A stretch of DNA of 60,304 nucleotides from Streptomyces virus StarPlatinum (Duplodnaviria > Heunggongvirae > Uroviricota > Caudoviricetes). A program made the translations under genes and the position numbers. Location of the stretch: IMG/VR virus record IMGVR_UViG_2974628900_000001, positions 1-60,304 of that record; one strand, given 5' to 3'. The notes beneath the pieces were generated by a model. It made no database searches, had not been told where the DNA came from, and saw only the letters and a program-made list of their open reading frames with translations. Shown piece after piece: positions 33,465-43,900 of the stretch (position 1 is its first letter; each line of letters starts with the position of its first letter).

Positions 33465-33493
33465 GCGACTGCCCCCGAAAGGGGGCTTTCGCA
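33465..33493 (+). terminator. Terminator after the major tail gene
   Basis: GCCCCC-GAAA-GGGGGC, then TTTCGCATTTT. Confidence 0.7.
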
Positions 33494-33546
33494 TTTTGGA
33501 TTGTGACAATCCGTTGATATAATGATGTCAAACACTAGGAGGAAAA

Positions 33547-33897
33547 TTGGCAACAAGCGTATACACCACAGAGGAGATCCTTCTCCAGGATGGTGAAGAA
33601 GTAACTCTTAAGCCTCTGAACATTAAGAACCTTCGCAAGTTCATGAAGAAGTGGAAGGAACTTGGAGAGGTCAAGGAAGAGGACGACGTAGTAGATTTCA
33701 TCATCGATGCTGGAAAGATCTGCCTGGCAAGTCTTTACCCAGAATACGATGATGATGAAAAGTACGAAGAAGCGGTGGACATTCCGACTGTTCACAAGAT
33801 CATTGAAATCTGCGCAGGAATCAAGCTGAACGACCCGGAACTGGAAGCCGCAGCGAGGGCGGCGATGATGACGGCGACGGCGGCTGGGACAAGCTAG
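33547..33897 (+). CDS. Tail assembly chaperone (short form)
   Basis: TTG start after an AGGAGGA RBS; lies between major tail and tape measure. Confidence 0.85.
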   Translation: MATSVYTTEEILLQDGEEVTLKPLNIKNLRKFMKKWKELGEVKEEDDVVDFIIDAGKICLASLYPEYDDDEKYEEAVDIPTVHKIIEICAGIKLNDPELEAAARAAMMTATAAGTS

Positions 33898-34199
33898 ACC
33901 TAGCCAAGCTTGAAGCTGAGCTATTTTTGCTCGGTATTTGGAAGAACTTCGAAGAAATGGAAGAGAATCTAACACTGGCCGAACTTCAATCACTTCTAGA
34001 ATCTAAAAGAGATCAGGATTTTCAGAAGAACAAGTTCATGGCGGCCCTAAAGGGAATCGATCTCGAAGACCCTACTGATAGTAAGGCTCCGACGTTTGAG
34101 GATATCAAGCGTCGTGCAGAAGCCAAGAATCAGGGGGTCTCTCCAGAGACCCTTGAATTTGCCGAAATTGGCATTGGAATTGTGGAAGAAGGTGACTGA
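33807..34199 (+). CDS. Tail assembly chaperone C-terminal extension in the -1 frame (programmed frameshift product)
   Basis: The -1 frame is open from 33807 and reads WDKLDLAKLEAELFLLGIWKNFEEMEE without its own RBS. Confidence 0.75.
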   Translation, partial: NLRRNQAERPGTGSRSEGGDDDGDGGWDKLDLAKLEAELFLLGIWKNFEEMEENLTLAELQSLLESKRDQDFQKNKFMAALKGIDLEDPTDSKAPTFEDIKRRAEAKNQGVSPETLEFAEIGIGIVEEGD

Positions 34200-37100
34200 C
34201 AATAGAGAACATTAACATCCGCTTTACTGGTACTGCGGACTTTAGACAGGCCACAGCTCAGGTTGAGGCACTGAATGCTCAGCTTGCTGCTATGCAGGCT
34301 CAGCTATCTAGAGCTGCCGTTCCAGCAATTGCGGCTGGATTTAGAAACAACGTTCGTAGTCTTGGCAACATGTCTGTCGAGACCATGCGCGTTACCTCCG
34401 CATCTGAAATGTACACTAAGGCATTGCAGAAGCAGGATGTTACTCTTCGTCAGGCACTCAGAAATCGACAGACTTTCAATCAGGTTCTCCGTGAGCAGTA
34501 TGCATTGAGCAGAGCTGCCGCTGTACAGTGGACAACTAATTCACGCGGCGGCAGCACTCTCGATCTTATCGTGCCTAGGGACGCTCCATCACGACTAGGT
34601 AATTTCAGACAAACACTAGCGCAGGTAAGGGCCGGAACAGTTGCCGCAAACGTAGCGCTAGGCGAGATGGCTATCAAGATGGGACTTGTCAGCCAGGTTG
34701 CCAACTCTGCATCAGCCAACATGATCAAGTGGGGTAAGAACACCCAGTGGGCTGGTAGACAGCTTATGGTTGGTCTAACCATGCCTGTCCTCGCGGCCGG
34801 TGCTGCAATGGGTAAGCTTGCATATGACGTTGAAAAGCAGATGACTCGTATTAACAAGGTTTACGACTTCTCTGCCACCAAGGACGAGAATGCAGCAAAG
34901 AACATGCAGGAGACTGCATCCCTAAGAGCTAATTCAATGAGAGCCGCAAGAACTGCCGCTGAGCAGTTTGGTGCGTCAATGAAGGACACCCTTTCCGTAG
35001 AGGCTAACCTAGCTGCGACCGGTGAAAAGGGTAATGAGCTAATTGGTAAGACGACAGAGGTTATGCGTCTTGCAACTCTTGGTGAAATGGATTACCAGAA
35101 GGCTCTGGACACAACCATCACCTTGCAGTCCGTTTATGGACAGAACACCAGCGAGCTAGCTGAATCCTTCAACTACATGAACGCGGTGGAGAATGCAACC
35201 TCTCTATCCATTGAAGACTTCTCAAAGGCTATTCCAAAGGTAGCCGCTCCAATGAAGACTCTAGAAGGTGACCTACAGGACGTAGGTACACTTCTAGTTG
35301 CCATGCGTGCGCGTGGTATTAATGCCGTCGAAGGTGCTAACGCTATTAAGGCGTCCTTCACCCGAGTCCTAAAGCCTACAAAGCAGGCCAAGGACATGTT
35401 CGAGCTTCTTACAAAGCAGTCACTAACAGAGCTTACTGACAAGACGAACGGTGAAGTAATTCCAACCTTCGTGGCTCTTAACAAGGCAACTGAAAATCTA
35501 AAGGGAAAGAATCGTCAGGCTCTCTTCGCAGCCCTATTCGGAACCCAGCAGACCACACGACTACAGGCCATTGTTGAGGAGATGGGTAATCTTGAGGATG
35601 AGACCACTCAGGTTGGTAAGGCTTACAAGATTGCTAGTCAGGAACAGCAGGAGTGGGCAGACAGCGCCGGACGAGAGATGGAAGCGCTACAGAAGTCTGC
35701 ATCCGGACGACTAAAGATCGCAGTTGAAACTCTTAAGGTTCAGCTTGCCGAAGCAGGAAAGCCATTCCTTGAGGTAGCAGGTTACATTGTCGGCGCAATT
35801 ACTCAGATCGTAAAGGCGTTCAATGATCTTCCTGGTCCTGTAAAGACCTTCGCATCTATCGCAATTATCACTGGTGCTATCGCCGGTCCAATCATTATGC
35901 TTGCCGGTCTATTCGGTAACCTTCTTGGACAGGCGCTAAAGCTCGGTGCCGGAATGCTTGGCCTTGTATTTAGATTCAGAGCCCTTATGCCTGAACAGGT
36001 TGCTGCACGTCTTGCGTCTATGCAAGCGGGAATGGCAGCACAAACTCAGGCGGGACAGGTCGCAGCTCTAACAGCCGTCATTAACGAATTGACTATTGCC
36101 CTTACCAGAGCTACTGGTGCTCAGGTTGGATTGAATAATGCTCAGGCCAGAGGTGGACTTGGAGCACGCCCTGGTGTTGTTGCAGGAGCACCTATCCCAA
36201 CAGCTACTCCAACTCCAGCCGCTCCAGGAGTTCAGGGTCCAATTGTTGCAACTGGTGCTGGATACCGTGACGCAACCGGTAGAACACTAAGCGCAGCCGA
36301 AGTTAGAAATTGGCAGGCAGCTCAGGCATCAGCAGCGAGCATTAACCAGAATTCTGCTAGAACCAGAAGAAACTGGCAGCAGATGGGAAGCAGCTTCCAG
36401 AATGTAGCTATCGCAGCAGGATTCATGGGAGTTATGGCTTCCGACGCTGACAGCATGATGTACACTGTTTCCCAGATTGCAATTGGTGCCGCTCTAATTG
36501 GTCCAATGCTTCTAGGTCCAATCATGAAGTTCGGTGGAGCACTAAAGGCAGCCGCAATGCCTGCAATCGCAGCCGTAGGTTCAGCAGCAAGCTCAATGTT
36601 TGGTGGAGTTGCTTCACGTGGTGTGACGGCATTCCGATCCATTGGAGCTTCAATGGCAGGTCCAATTGCGGCAATGGGTGGCATGTCAGCGATCATGGGA
36701 ACAATGCTGGCAGCAGCCCTTGCTATTGGTGCAGCTTGGTACATCATCAATAAGAACATTGCAGCTTCTCGTAAGGAGCAGGAGAACATTGCTAAGTCTT
36801 CTGAGGCATGGGCAAAGACTCTAGGATTCACCTACACTGAGCAGCAGAAGATTGTTGCCACGAATTCTGAGAATCTAAAGTCAATGAATGACCGAATGAA
36901 CGAATTCAAGAAGAACAGCAAGGATGCCTACAATGACATGCAGAAGTATTACGACTCATCCAAGGCTGAGAAGTGGGCTCGTGCTATTGAAGAGGGAACA
37001 AAGGTTCGTCTTCACGGTGGTACCGTAAGCGCGGCGCAGGAAGCTACCAGAGTAGCCCTTGCCATTATGGGTGAGAAGTTCTCCAATGCTGAATTCGAAT

Positions 37101-40100
37101 CACAGCTAAAGGTCAAGATCGACTTCGAAGATGTTGAAGACGTTGTAAAGAAGCGTCTACAGGATGCTGCGACAGACTTCTCTGATGCTGCAAACTTGAA
37201 GTTTGATCAGTCAGGTTCTGAGAGCTTCGCAAGATTCTTTGCTAACCCTTCTACTATTCAGCAAAAGGCCGGTGAGCAGGTAAGGCAGAATGCTAAGGAT
37301 CTATGGGACATCTACGACAATACTCAGGATGCCGAGAAGAAGAAGGTCTTCGACAAGATCAATGAGACAGTAAACAGTGAGTCACTAAGCCTATTCAAGA
37401 AGTACAAGGAAAAGTATTCCAAGGACTTCAAGAAGATGGGAATTGAGACATTCGCTGACTGGACCGAGTACCTACAGAAGAACGCAAAGGATGGAATTGC
37501 GGACTACGAGATGGGTAAGCTTGGTATGTCCGAAGCCGAGATTCATCGTACCCAGCGAGCCCTTGATGCAATGAGAGGATTCAACAAGGAATTCGCAGAC
37601 ATGCAGGGTATTCCAAAGGGCAAGGCAACTGATCAGTTTGGTGATCTTGCCAAGTACATGCCAGAATTGCAGAAGATGGAAAAGCAGCTTTGGTCTGTAA
37701 AGCAGGCTGAGGATGGATACTACTCTTCTCTACGTGAGCGTAGTTTGGCCGGTGCCAAGACAAGCGATGCTGAAAAGCTTAACATCATGAACATGTACCG
37801 AAGAATGGCAGGTCTAGAAGACGCAACCAGACTGGAAGACGGATTCAAGAAGTCTCTGGATAAGTCAACTGTCTCCCTCGAAGAGAACATGAATGCCTGG
37901 GAAGCAAACGCTGACAACGTTGATCAGTTTGTCAGTGCTTACAAGGATGTCTTCTCTAACACCCAGGATGAGATGCTAGGCCAGGCTGAGGAATTGATGA
38001 ATCAGCAGATGGAGAATGAGATCGATGGCATTAACCGTAATGCTGAGGCACGCTCCAAGGCCCTTGATGACGCACAGGAGAGAGCAGACGACAGGTTCGA
38101 CGCACGTCAGGAAAGAACTGAAAAGCGATTCGAAGCCAAGCAGGAAGCCCTTGACAAGAAGTACGAGAAGAAGCAGAAGACGTTTGACAACAGGTGGGAA
38201 TCCATCATGGAGAACCACGACAAGAAGTGGGACAAGCGTACTGACCAGACCAACAAGTATTATGACGCACGAATCAAGAAGATTCAGGATGCTATCAAGG
38301 CTGAGGAAGAGGCCGAAGCAACTCGTCAGAAGATCTTCGAGGCTGAGAAGACTCGTATTCAGCGTGCTGCTGAAATGGCGAACATGGGAATTGACTTCAA
38401 CGTCGCCATCAATTCTGGTAATCTAGATGAGGCTGCAAAGATTGGTAACAACATGCAGGCCAATCTCGACAGTTGGGCAACAGAGGATGCCGCAGCAGCA
38501 AGCCAGTCTGCCTCCGATAAGAAGGTAGAGGGACTTAACAAGCAGGTTACCTCTCTTGAGGCTGAAAGAGATCGTCGTCTCAAGGTTATCGAGCAGATGG
38601 AAGAGGCTGAAAAGAAGCAGCTAGAAAAGCGTAAGGAGCGTGAGCAGGAAGCTCTTAACGCTCAGCGCGAGGCTGCCAACAAGTCATTGCAGATTGCCCG
38701 TGAGCGTGCAAACAAGCAGATCCAGATTGAGCGTGAAGCATACAACAAGATGATTCAGGCTCAGCGTGAAGCATTGCAGAAGGAGACGCAGGACAAGATC
38801 AAGGCAACGCAGAGAAAGTACGAAGCTGCAAAGCGTGCTATTGAACTTGAGCTTGCAACCCTAAAGGCATTTGTTCCACGTAACAAGAAGGAGCTGGACG
38901 AGCATATCAAGAAGGTTGAAGCCGCATACAAGAAGTATGGAGTAAACCTAAAGGATAAGGGTGACGACTGGAGCAAGTACATCAAGGACAGTCTAAACAA
39001 GAACATCAAGACTGCCGCTTCCAATCTAAAGAACACAATTGCGTGGGACAAGATTGGTAAGTCTGTCGCCAACGAAATCACTGAGGGTGCATTCGGTCTG
39101 ACCATTGGACAGTTCTCCACATGGGTATCTAAGGGTACCCTTCCTAAGTCTGGCCTTAACGAGAAGTCTGGAAAGAACAAGTCTCTAGACTCTCACCACG
39201 AGGGTGGTCTTATTGGAGGAAAGGCCGGTGGATCTGGTAGAACTGGTTACTCCGGTGGACGTGCACATTCTGAGGTTGATATTCGCGCCAAGAGGGGTGA
39301 ATTCATGATGAAGGATAAGGCTGTACGTAAGTACGGTACCGACTTCATGGAAAACCTTAACAATGGAAACCTAGAGCCAGGAATCGGTGGAGCTGGTGAA
39401 GGAATGGGTCTTGCAGGTGTCCTTGGTGCTGGTATGGCAGGAATGATGCAGGCTATTATCCAGGAAGGTATTCAGACTGGTGCAGAACAGGCTTTGATGC
39501 TCGGAATGGATGGAACTGCTATTGCAGGTGCAGCCGGTACATATGGTGGAGTTGGACTTAGTGCAACTCAGATGCAGAATGCAGCTACCATTATCGGTAC
39601 TGGTAAGGGTCTAGGAGCTAGCCAGCGAGACCTTATCATTGCAATCATGACTGCTATGCAGGAGTCCACCCTTCGTAATCTAAATTACGGTGACCGTGAC
39701 TCTCTTGGTCTATTCCAGCAGCGTGCTGCATGGGGCTCTGCTAAGGCTCGTACAACTCCATCAGAAGCAACAAGAATGTTCTTCCATGGTGGTGCTCAGG
39801 GACAGAGAGGTCTATTCGACTTCCCTAACAGAGACAAGATGTCATTGGGTCAGGCTGCACAGGCCGTTCAGGTTTCTGCGTTCCCTCACGCTTACGCAAA
39901 GTGGGAAGACATGGCCCGAGCTGTTGTTGCTGCGACAACGTTCCAGGCATTGGCAGGAAATTCTGGATTCAGACGACCAATTAATGCTCCGGTTTCACGT
40001 CCATATTCACAGCACACCAACCTTCCACGAGCAACTGACTTTGCTACCCCAACAGGAACACCAGTTGTTTCCGCAATGGGCGGTACTGTAACAACGTCTT

Positions 40101-40600
40101 CCGATCTTCACGGAAATGGAAACGGCGGATACCGTTCATACGGTAGATACATTGTCGTTGGAAACGGAATGGACAGAACCCTTTATGCTCACCTTAGCAG
40201 AAGAAGCGCAAGCGTAGGTCAGCAGGTTCGTCCAGGGCAGCTAATTGGTTACTCCGGTAACACTGGTAATTCAACTGGTCCTCACCTTCACTTCGAGACA
40301 TGGAGAAATGGCCAGACAATTCCACCTGGCGCATTCGGTATTCCAGGTCTGCTAACCGGTGGAAAGGTAAAGTACGACAATACGATTGCCAACCTTCACA
40401 AGAATGAAGCAGTTCTAACAGCTCCACTAACAGCTAAGCTGGAGAATGGAATCGACAGAATTGACTCAGGAGGCGGTAACACTTACAATTTCAATATCAA
40501 TGCCGAAGCAATCAACACTGAGATTGATTTTGAAAAGGTTATCACAAAGGCACTTAACAAGATCGAGAGCAATAGAGGAAGGAGCAGAGTAGTCAAGTGA
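34196..40600 (+). CDS. Tape measure protein with C-terminal lysozyme-like and M23 peptidase domains
   Basis: Over 2100 aa, Ala-rich helical. TAMQES...DRDSLGLFQQR (lysozyme-like) and YGRYIVV...YAHLS...GNTGNSTGPHLHFE (M23). The frame opens at CTG 34196. Confidence 0.92.
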   Translation: MTIENINIRFTGTADFRQATAQVEALNAQLAAMQAQLSRAAVPAIAAGFRNNVRSLGNMSVETMRVTSASEMYTKALQKQDVTLRQALRNRQTFNQVLREQYALSRAAAVQWTTNSRGGSTLDLIVPRDAPSRLGNFRQTLAQVRAGTVAANVALGEMAIKMGLVSQVANSASANMIKWGKNTQWAGRQLMVGLTMPVLAAGAAMGKLAYDVEKQMTRINKVYDFSATKDENAAKNMQETASLRANSMRAARTAAEQFGASMKDTLSVEANLAATGEKGNELIGKTTEVMRLATLGEMDYQKALDTTITLQSVYGQNTSELAESFNYMNAVENATSLSIEDFSKAIPKVAAPMKTLEGDLQDVGTLLVAMRARGINAVEGANAIKASFTRVLKPTKQAKDMFELLTKQSLTELTDKTNGEVIPTFVALNKATENLKGKNRQALFAALFGTQQTTRLQAIVEEMGNLEDETTQVGKAYKIASQEQQEWADSAGREMEALQKSASGRLKIAVETLKVQLAEAGKPFLEVAGYIVGAITQIVKAFNDLPGPVKTFASIAIITGAIAGPIIMLAGLFGNLLGQALKLGAGMLGLVFRFRALMPEQVAARLASMQAGMAAQTQAGQVAALTAVINELTIALTRATGAQVGLNNAQARGGLGARPGVVAGAPIPTATPTPAAPGVQGPIVATGAGYRDATGRTLSAAEVRNWQAAQASAASINQNSARTRRNWQQMGSSFQNVAIAAGFMGVMASDADSMMYTVSQIAIGAALIGPMLLGPIMKFGGALKAAAMPAIAAVGSAASSMFGGVASRGVTAFRSIGASMAGPIAAMGGMSAIMGTMLAAALAIGAAWYIINKNIAASRKEQENIAKSSEAWAKTLGFTYTEQQKIVATNSENLKSMNDRMNEFKKNSKDAYNDMQKYYDSSKAEKWARAIEEGTKVRLHGGTVSAAQEATRVALAIMGEKFSNAEFESQLKVKIDFEDVEDVVKKRLQDAATDFSDAANLKFDQSGSESFARFFANPSTIQQKAGEQVRQNAKDLWDIYDNTQDAEKKKVFDKINETVNSESLSLFKKYKEKYSKDFKKMGIETFADWTEYLQKNAKDGIADYEMGKLGMSEAEIHRTQRALDAMRGFNKEFADMQGIPKGKATDQFGDLAKYMPELQKMEKQLWSVKQAEDGYYSSLRERSLAGAKTSDAEKLNIMNMYRRMAGLEDATRLEDGFKKSLDKSTVSLEENMNAWEANADNVDQFVSAYKDVFSNTQDEMLGQAEELMNQQMENEIDGINRNAEARSKALDDAQERADDRFDARQERTEKRFEAKQEALDKKYEKKQKTFDNRWESIMENHDKKWDKRTDQTNKYYDARIKKIQDAIKAEEEAEATRQKIFEAEKTRIQRAAEMANMGIDFNVAINSGNLDEAAKIGNNMQANLDSWATEDAAAASQSASDKKVEGLNKQVTSLEAERDRRLKVIEQMEEAEKKQLEKRKEREQEALNAQREAANKSLQIARERANKQIQIEREAYNKMIQAQREALQKETQDKIKATQRKYEAAKRAIELELATLKAFVPRNKKELDEHIKKVEAAYKKYGVNLKDKGDDWSKYIKDSLNKNIKTAASNLKNTIAWDKIGKSVANEITEGAFGLTIGQFSTWVSKGTLPKSGLNEKSGKNKSLDSHHEGGLIGGKAGGSGRTGYSGGRAHSEVDIRAKRGEFMMKDKAVRKYGTDFMENLNNGNLEPGIGGAGEGMGLAGVLGAGMAGMMQAIIQEGIQTGAEQALMLGMDGTAIAGAAGTYGGVGLSATQMQNAATIIGTGKGLGASQRDLIIAIMTAMQESTLRNLNYGDRDSLGLFQQRAAWGSAKARTTPSEATRMFFHGGAQGQRGLFDFPNRDKMSLGQAAQAVQVSAFPHAYAKWEDMARAVVAATTFQALAGNSGFRRPINAPVSRPYSQHTNLPRATDFATPTGTPVVSAMGGTVTTSSDLHGNGNGGYRSYGRYIVVGNGMDRTLYAHLSRRSASVGQQVRPGQLIGYSGNTGNSTGPHLHFETWRNGQTIPPGAFGIPGLLTGGKVKYDNTIANLHKNEAVLTAPLTAKLENGIDRIDSGGGNTYNFNINAEAINTEIDFEKVITKALNKIESNRGRSRVVK

Positions 40601-40992
40601 TTCTACCAAAGCCAAGACTGATGAGATGGGCTAACAATGCCATCACAGACCACAACCGTGGCGAACTGTCAGTTGACGTTGAACGAATTGAGAAGAAGCA
40701 GCGCATGGTCAACGGTACGCTACGAAAGTACATTGTCGCAGACAAGCGCACATTCAGCGTGTCATGGCAGAATCTCCCACACTCTGCTGCCTTCACAGTC
40801 GATGGCTACTGGGGAGCTAATGAAATTGAAAGCTTCTACGACAGCAACCCAGGAGCCTTCAACCTTGAATTGAGTTATGGAGACGGAACAGTGGAAACAT
40901 ATTCAGTTATGTTCTCCGACTTCAATGCCTCACTTGTAAAAAGAGGATCTTACGACATGTGGGAAGTATCAGTAACGATGGAGCAAGTCTAA
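40597..40992 (+). CDS. Distal tail (Dit-like) / minor tail protein
   Basis: Directly after the tape measure; RMVNGTLRKY motif. Confidence 0.7.
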   Translation: MILPKPRLMRWANNAITDHNRGELSVDVERIEKKQRMVNGTLRKYIVADKRTFSVSWQNLPHSAAFTVDGYWGANEIESFYDSNPGAFNLELSYGDGTVETYSVMFSDFNASLVKRGSYDMWEVSVTMEQV

Positions 40993-40993
40993 T

Positions 40994-43900
40994 ATGCAAA
41001 CAACAACATTCTATGTAAACAAGCTACTAAAGGAAGGGCTTGCCGTAACGGCCAAGCCTCTACTTATTGCTGAGTGGAATCATAATCGATACGCTGGCAT
41101 TCAGACGATTGACAATACTCCCGCAGAATACGATGAAGGTAATGACACTGAATACTACCCAATCGAATCCATTGTTGATCCTCTTCGTCCTTCTAAGAAG
41201 GGAATTGCCAAGGCGCGTGCAAGTGTCGAGGGATTTGTCACTGAGTACACAGACCGACCAGCGGACAAGCGATTCTACATTGCTGACTATGATGACATTT
41301 ACAAGTATTGGTCAAGCCCGGTGGCGAGTAGTCTCATCGGTGGCCTTAATGGGTTCACCAAGACAGTACGTCCATATGTAATCTACAAGACTTCATCATG
41401 GACTAACAAGCTGTACTTCCTCTTTGAGACTTCCGCAGGATGCTGGCCAGTAGACTACGATATTCAAATTACAACAAATGGAACCACGTGGACAACTGTC
41501 GCCAGTGACATTATCGCTAATTCAGATGGCCAGGTAACCATTTATCGCCAGGCTAATGGAACATGGGGAACGACTGTTTACCGAGAGAACCCTATTCAGA
41601 TTAAGGGTGTTCGTCTCATGGTCAACACTGTTTCCGCGCTAAAGAAGTACCTTGAAATCATCGAGATGTCTGCCAGACTTGAAGTTGATCTAACCGACAC
41701 TCTTATGAGTGCCGATTACAATTTCACTATGTCTGACACCAGCTTCTTGACTCCGCTAGGAAATGCATCTTCAAATACGGCATCAATCGAGCTGTCAAAC
41801 ATTGATGGTAGATACAACAATACGAATACAGATTCAATGTTCTACGGTCTGATCGACAAGAATGTCAAGATGACGTATAGCTTGGGAATTGATCAGACAC
41901 CGGCCGGTGGAAGTGGATTCAGCTACATTAGACAATTCACTATGTACGTAGACAACTGGCAGGGTCAAGGACAGGAGAGCTGCAACGTGCAGCTTAAGGA
42001 CGCATCAAAGTTTATGCAGGAGATCAAGCCTCCAAAGATGTTCTTTGAGCAGATGACCCTTGGTCGAATTGTATGGCAGCTTTGTGATGTTATTGGATTC
42101 ACCGATTACAAGTACGAAAAGATCGATGACGACAAGGCAACGCTGGTTCCTTACTTCTGGACCGATGGAGAAAAGAGCATTTGGGAAATCTTTTCCAGTC
42201 TTGCTGTGACAACTCAGAGTGCAATCTACTTTGATGAATTCGGAATTTTGCAGATCCTCACCAGAGATCGTGCCTACAACATTGGAAACCCAATTGCGTG
42301 GCAGCTTGATGGTGTAAAGAATGGAACAAAGGAGCCTGATCTTGTTGATCTTTCTCAGTCATATGACTACGAGGCGAACAACGTAACGGTGCGCTATAGC
42401 AAGACCAGCATTTCCGATATGGTTCGCAGAATTCCTAAGATGGATGTCGTGTGGCAGCCAGAGGGCGACGTTGTTCTTAGAAGCAGTCAGCTACGAGAGA
42501 GCATGAATTCTACGCAGGACTTCATCCGCATGACGGGGTCTGAGGCAGCCGTGTGGCCGTATCAGGGAATTGTGGAAATTGAAGGTGAGCTGATGCGCTA
42601 CGGAACAAAGGGCTATTGGTACTACAACAAGTCTGGCGTTCTGACATTCAAGGCTCTCAAGAATGCTGATGAAAAGAAGCAGGTCGATGAGGAACTAAGC
42701 TCTCCATATCTCTCCTACAAGAACTACTTCTCTGGATGGTATGGAGATGTTGAGCGAGGTCTATGGAACACCTACCCAGCGGCTCACAGAAATGACGCGG
42801 CGGGGTATAGGGTCCGAGTAGCCAGTTACAATGGAAGCTATAAGTCATGGACTGGAGGATTCGTTCACAATAAGGATCAGTCAACCATCAGCTTGAAGGC
42901 AACGACAAAGACAAATGTCAATACCTGTTACGTAGCCTCTCGTGGTAGCGAAGCAGATAAGAGCATTTGGTATGTCGGAACCAGAGTTCGATTCCGTGAT
43001 TCAGGATACAAGCACGGAATGGCAGGAATTGCTTTCAATCTCGGAACAGAGGACAAGGGTTACTACCTTGAGCTTTGCCGAACTGACAGACTTCCTGGTG
43101 GACGAAAGTATCAGAATGAATGCAACTTCTACATCAGAAGGACTTCTGGAAAGCTAGAGCGATTTGGCCCAAATAAGGGAAAGGGAGTGGCCATGGCTAT
43201 TTCCAAGAATGTGTGGTACGACATTGATATTGCCATCCGAATGGAGAACGGTGTCTATGGAGATCCAGGTGCCTTTGTTGGTCACGTAATTCAGGTGAGC
43301 ATCAATGGTATTCCAACCATGACATTTACCATTCCTGTATCAAAGAAGGAGCCTCTGACTGGACGATTTGGTGTATTCACTCGTGGCAGCACTCACGCTG
43401 ATTTCGAATACCTCTATGGAAACGGAACAACTGAGGATCTTCACATCGACACCACTGCAATGTTTGACAGAATTCGCGGTGGAATCGTAAGCAGCCAGGC
43501 TGACTCCGAATGGCTTTACAAGTGGCACTACACAAGCCACATCGTGAAGAAAAAGAAGAAGTGGCTGTGGGCAAGATATGCTCAGAGATTCTTTGATGAC
43601 TTTGGTCCTATTGGACACGAGGTCAGGGAATTCGATGTTCAGTTTGACAAGTTCCCTGCGGTTCACTCAAACCTGTATTTCTCAAATACAAGTCAGGTGA
43701 TCAATCCAGAATACACTGCTGACCCGTTCGGAGCCAAGTTCATTCTTTCAAATGCTTACAGATCAAACGCGGTGATCAATGGTGAGGACACACTCACCTT
43801 CGGTGCCGACAACCCTGTAACACAGCAGATGATGATCTATGGAAGAACTGTCAACAAGGAAGAAGAGAAGACGATTGTCTCAAAGAATGAGGATGCAATT

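Noticed and set aside
37900-38900. Repetitive AAG/GAG/CAG-rich DNA in the tape measure gene
   Set aside because: It reflects a K/E/Q-rich coiled coil, not DNA-level repeats.
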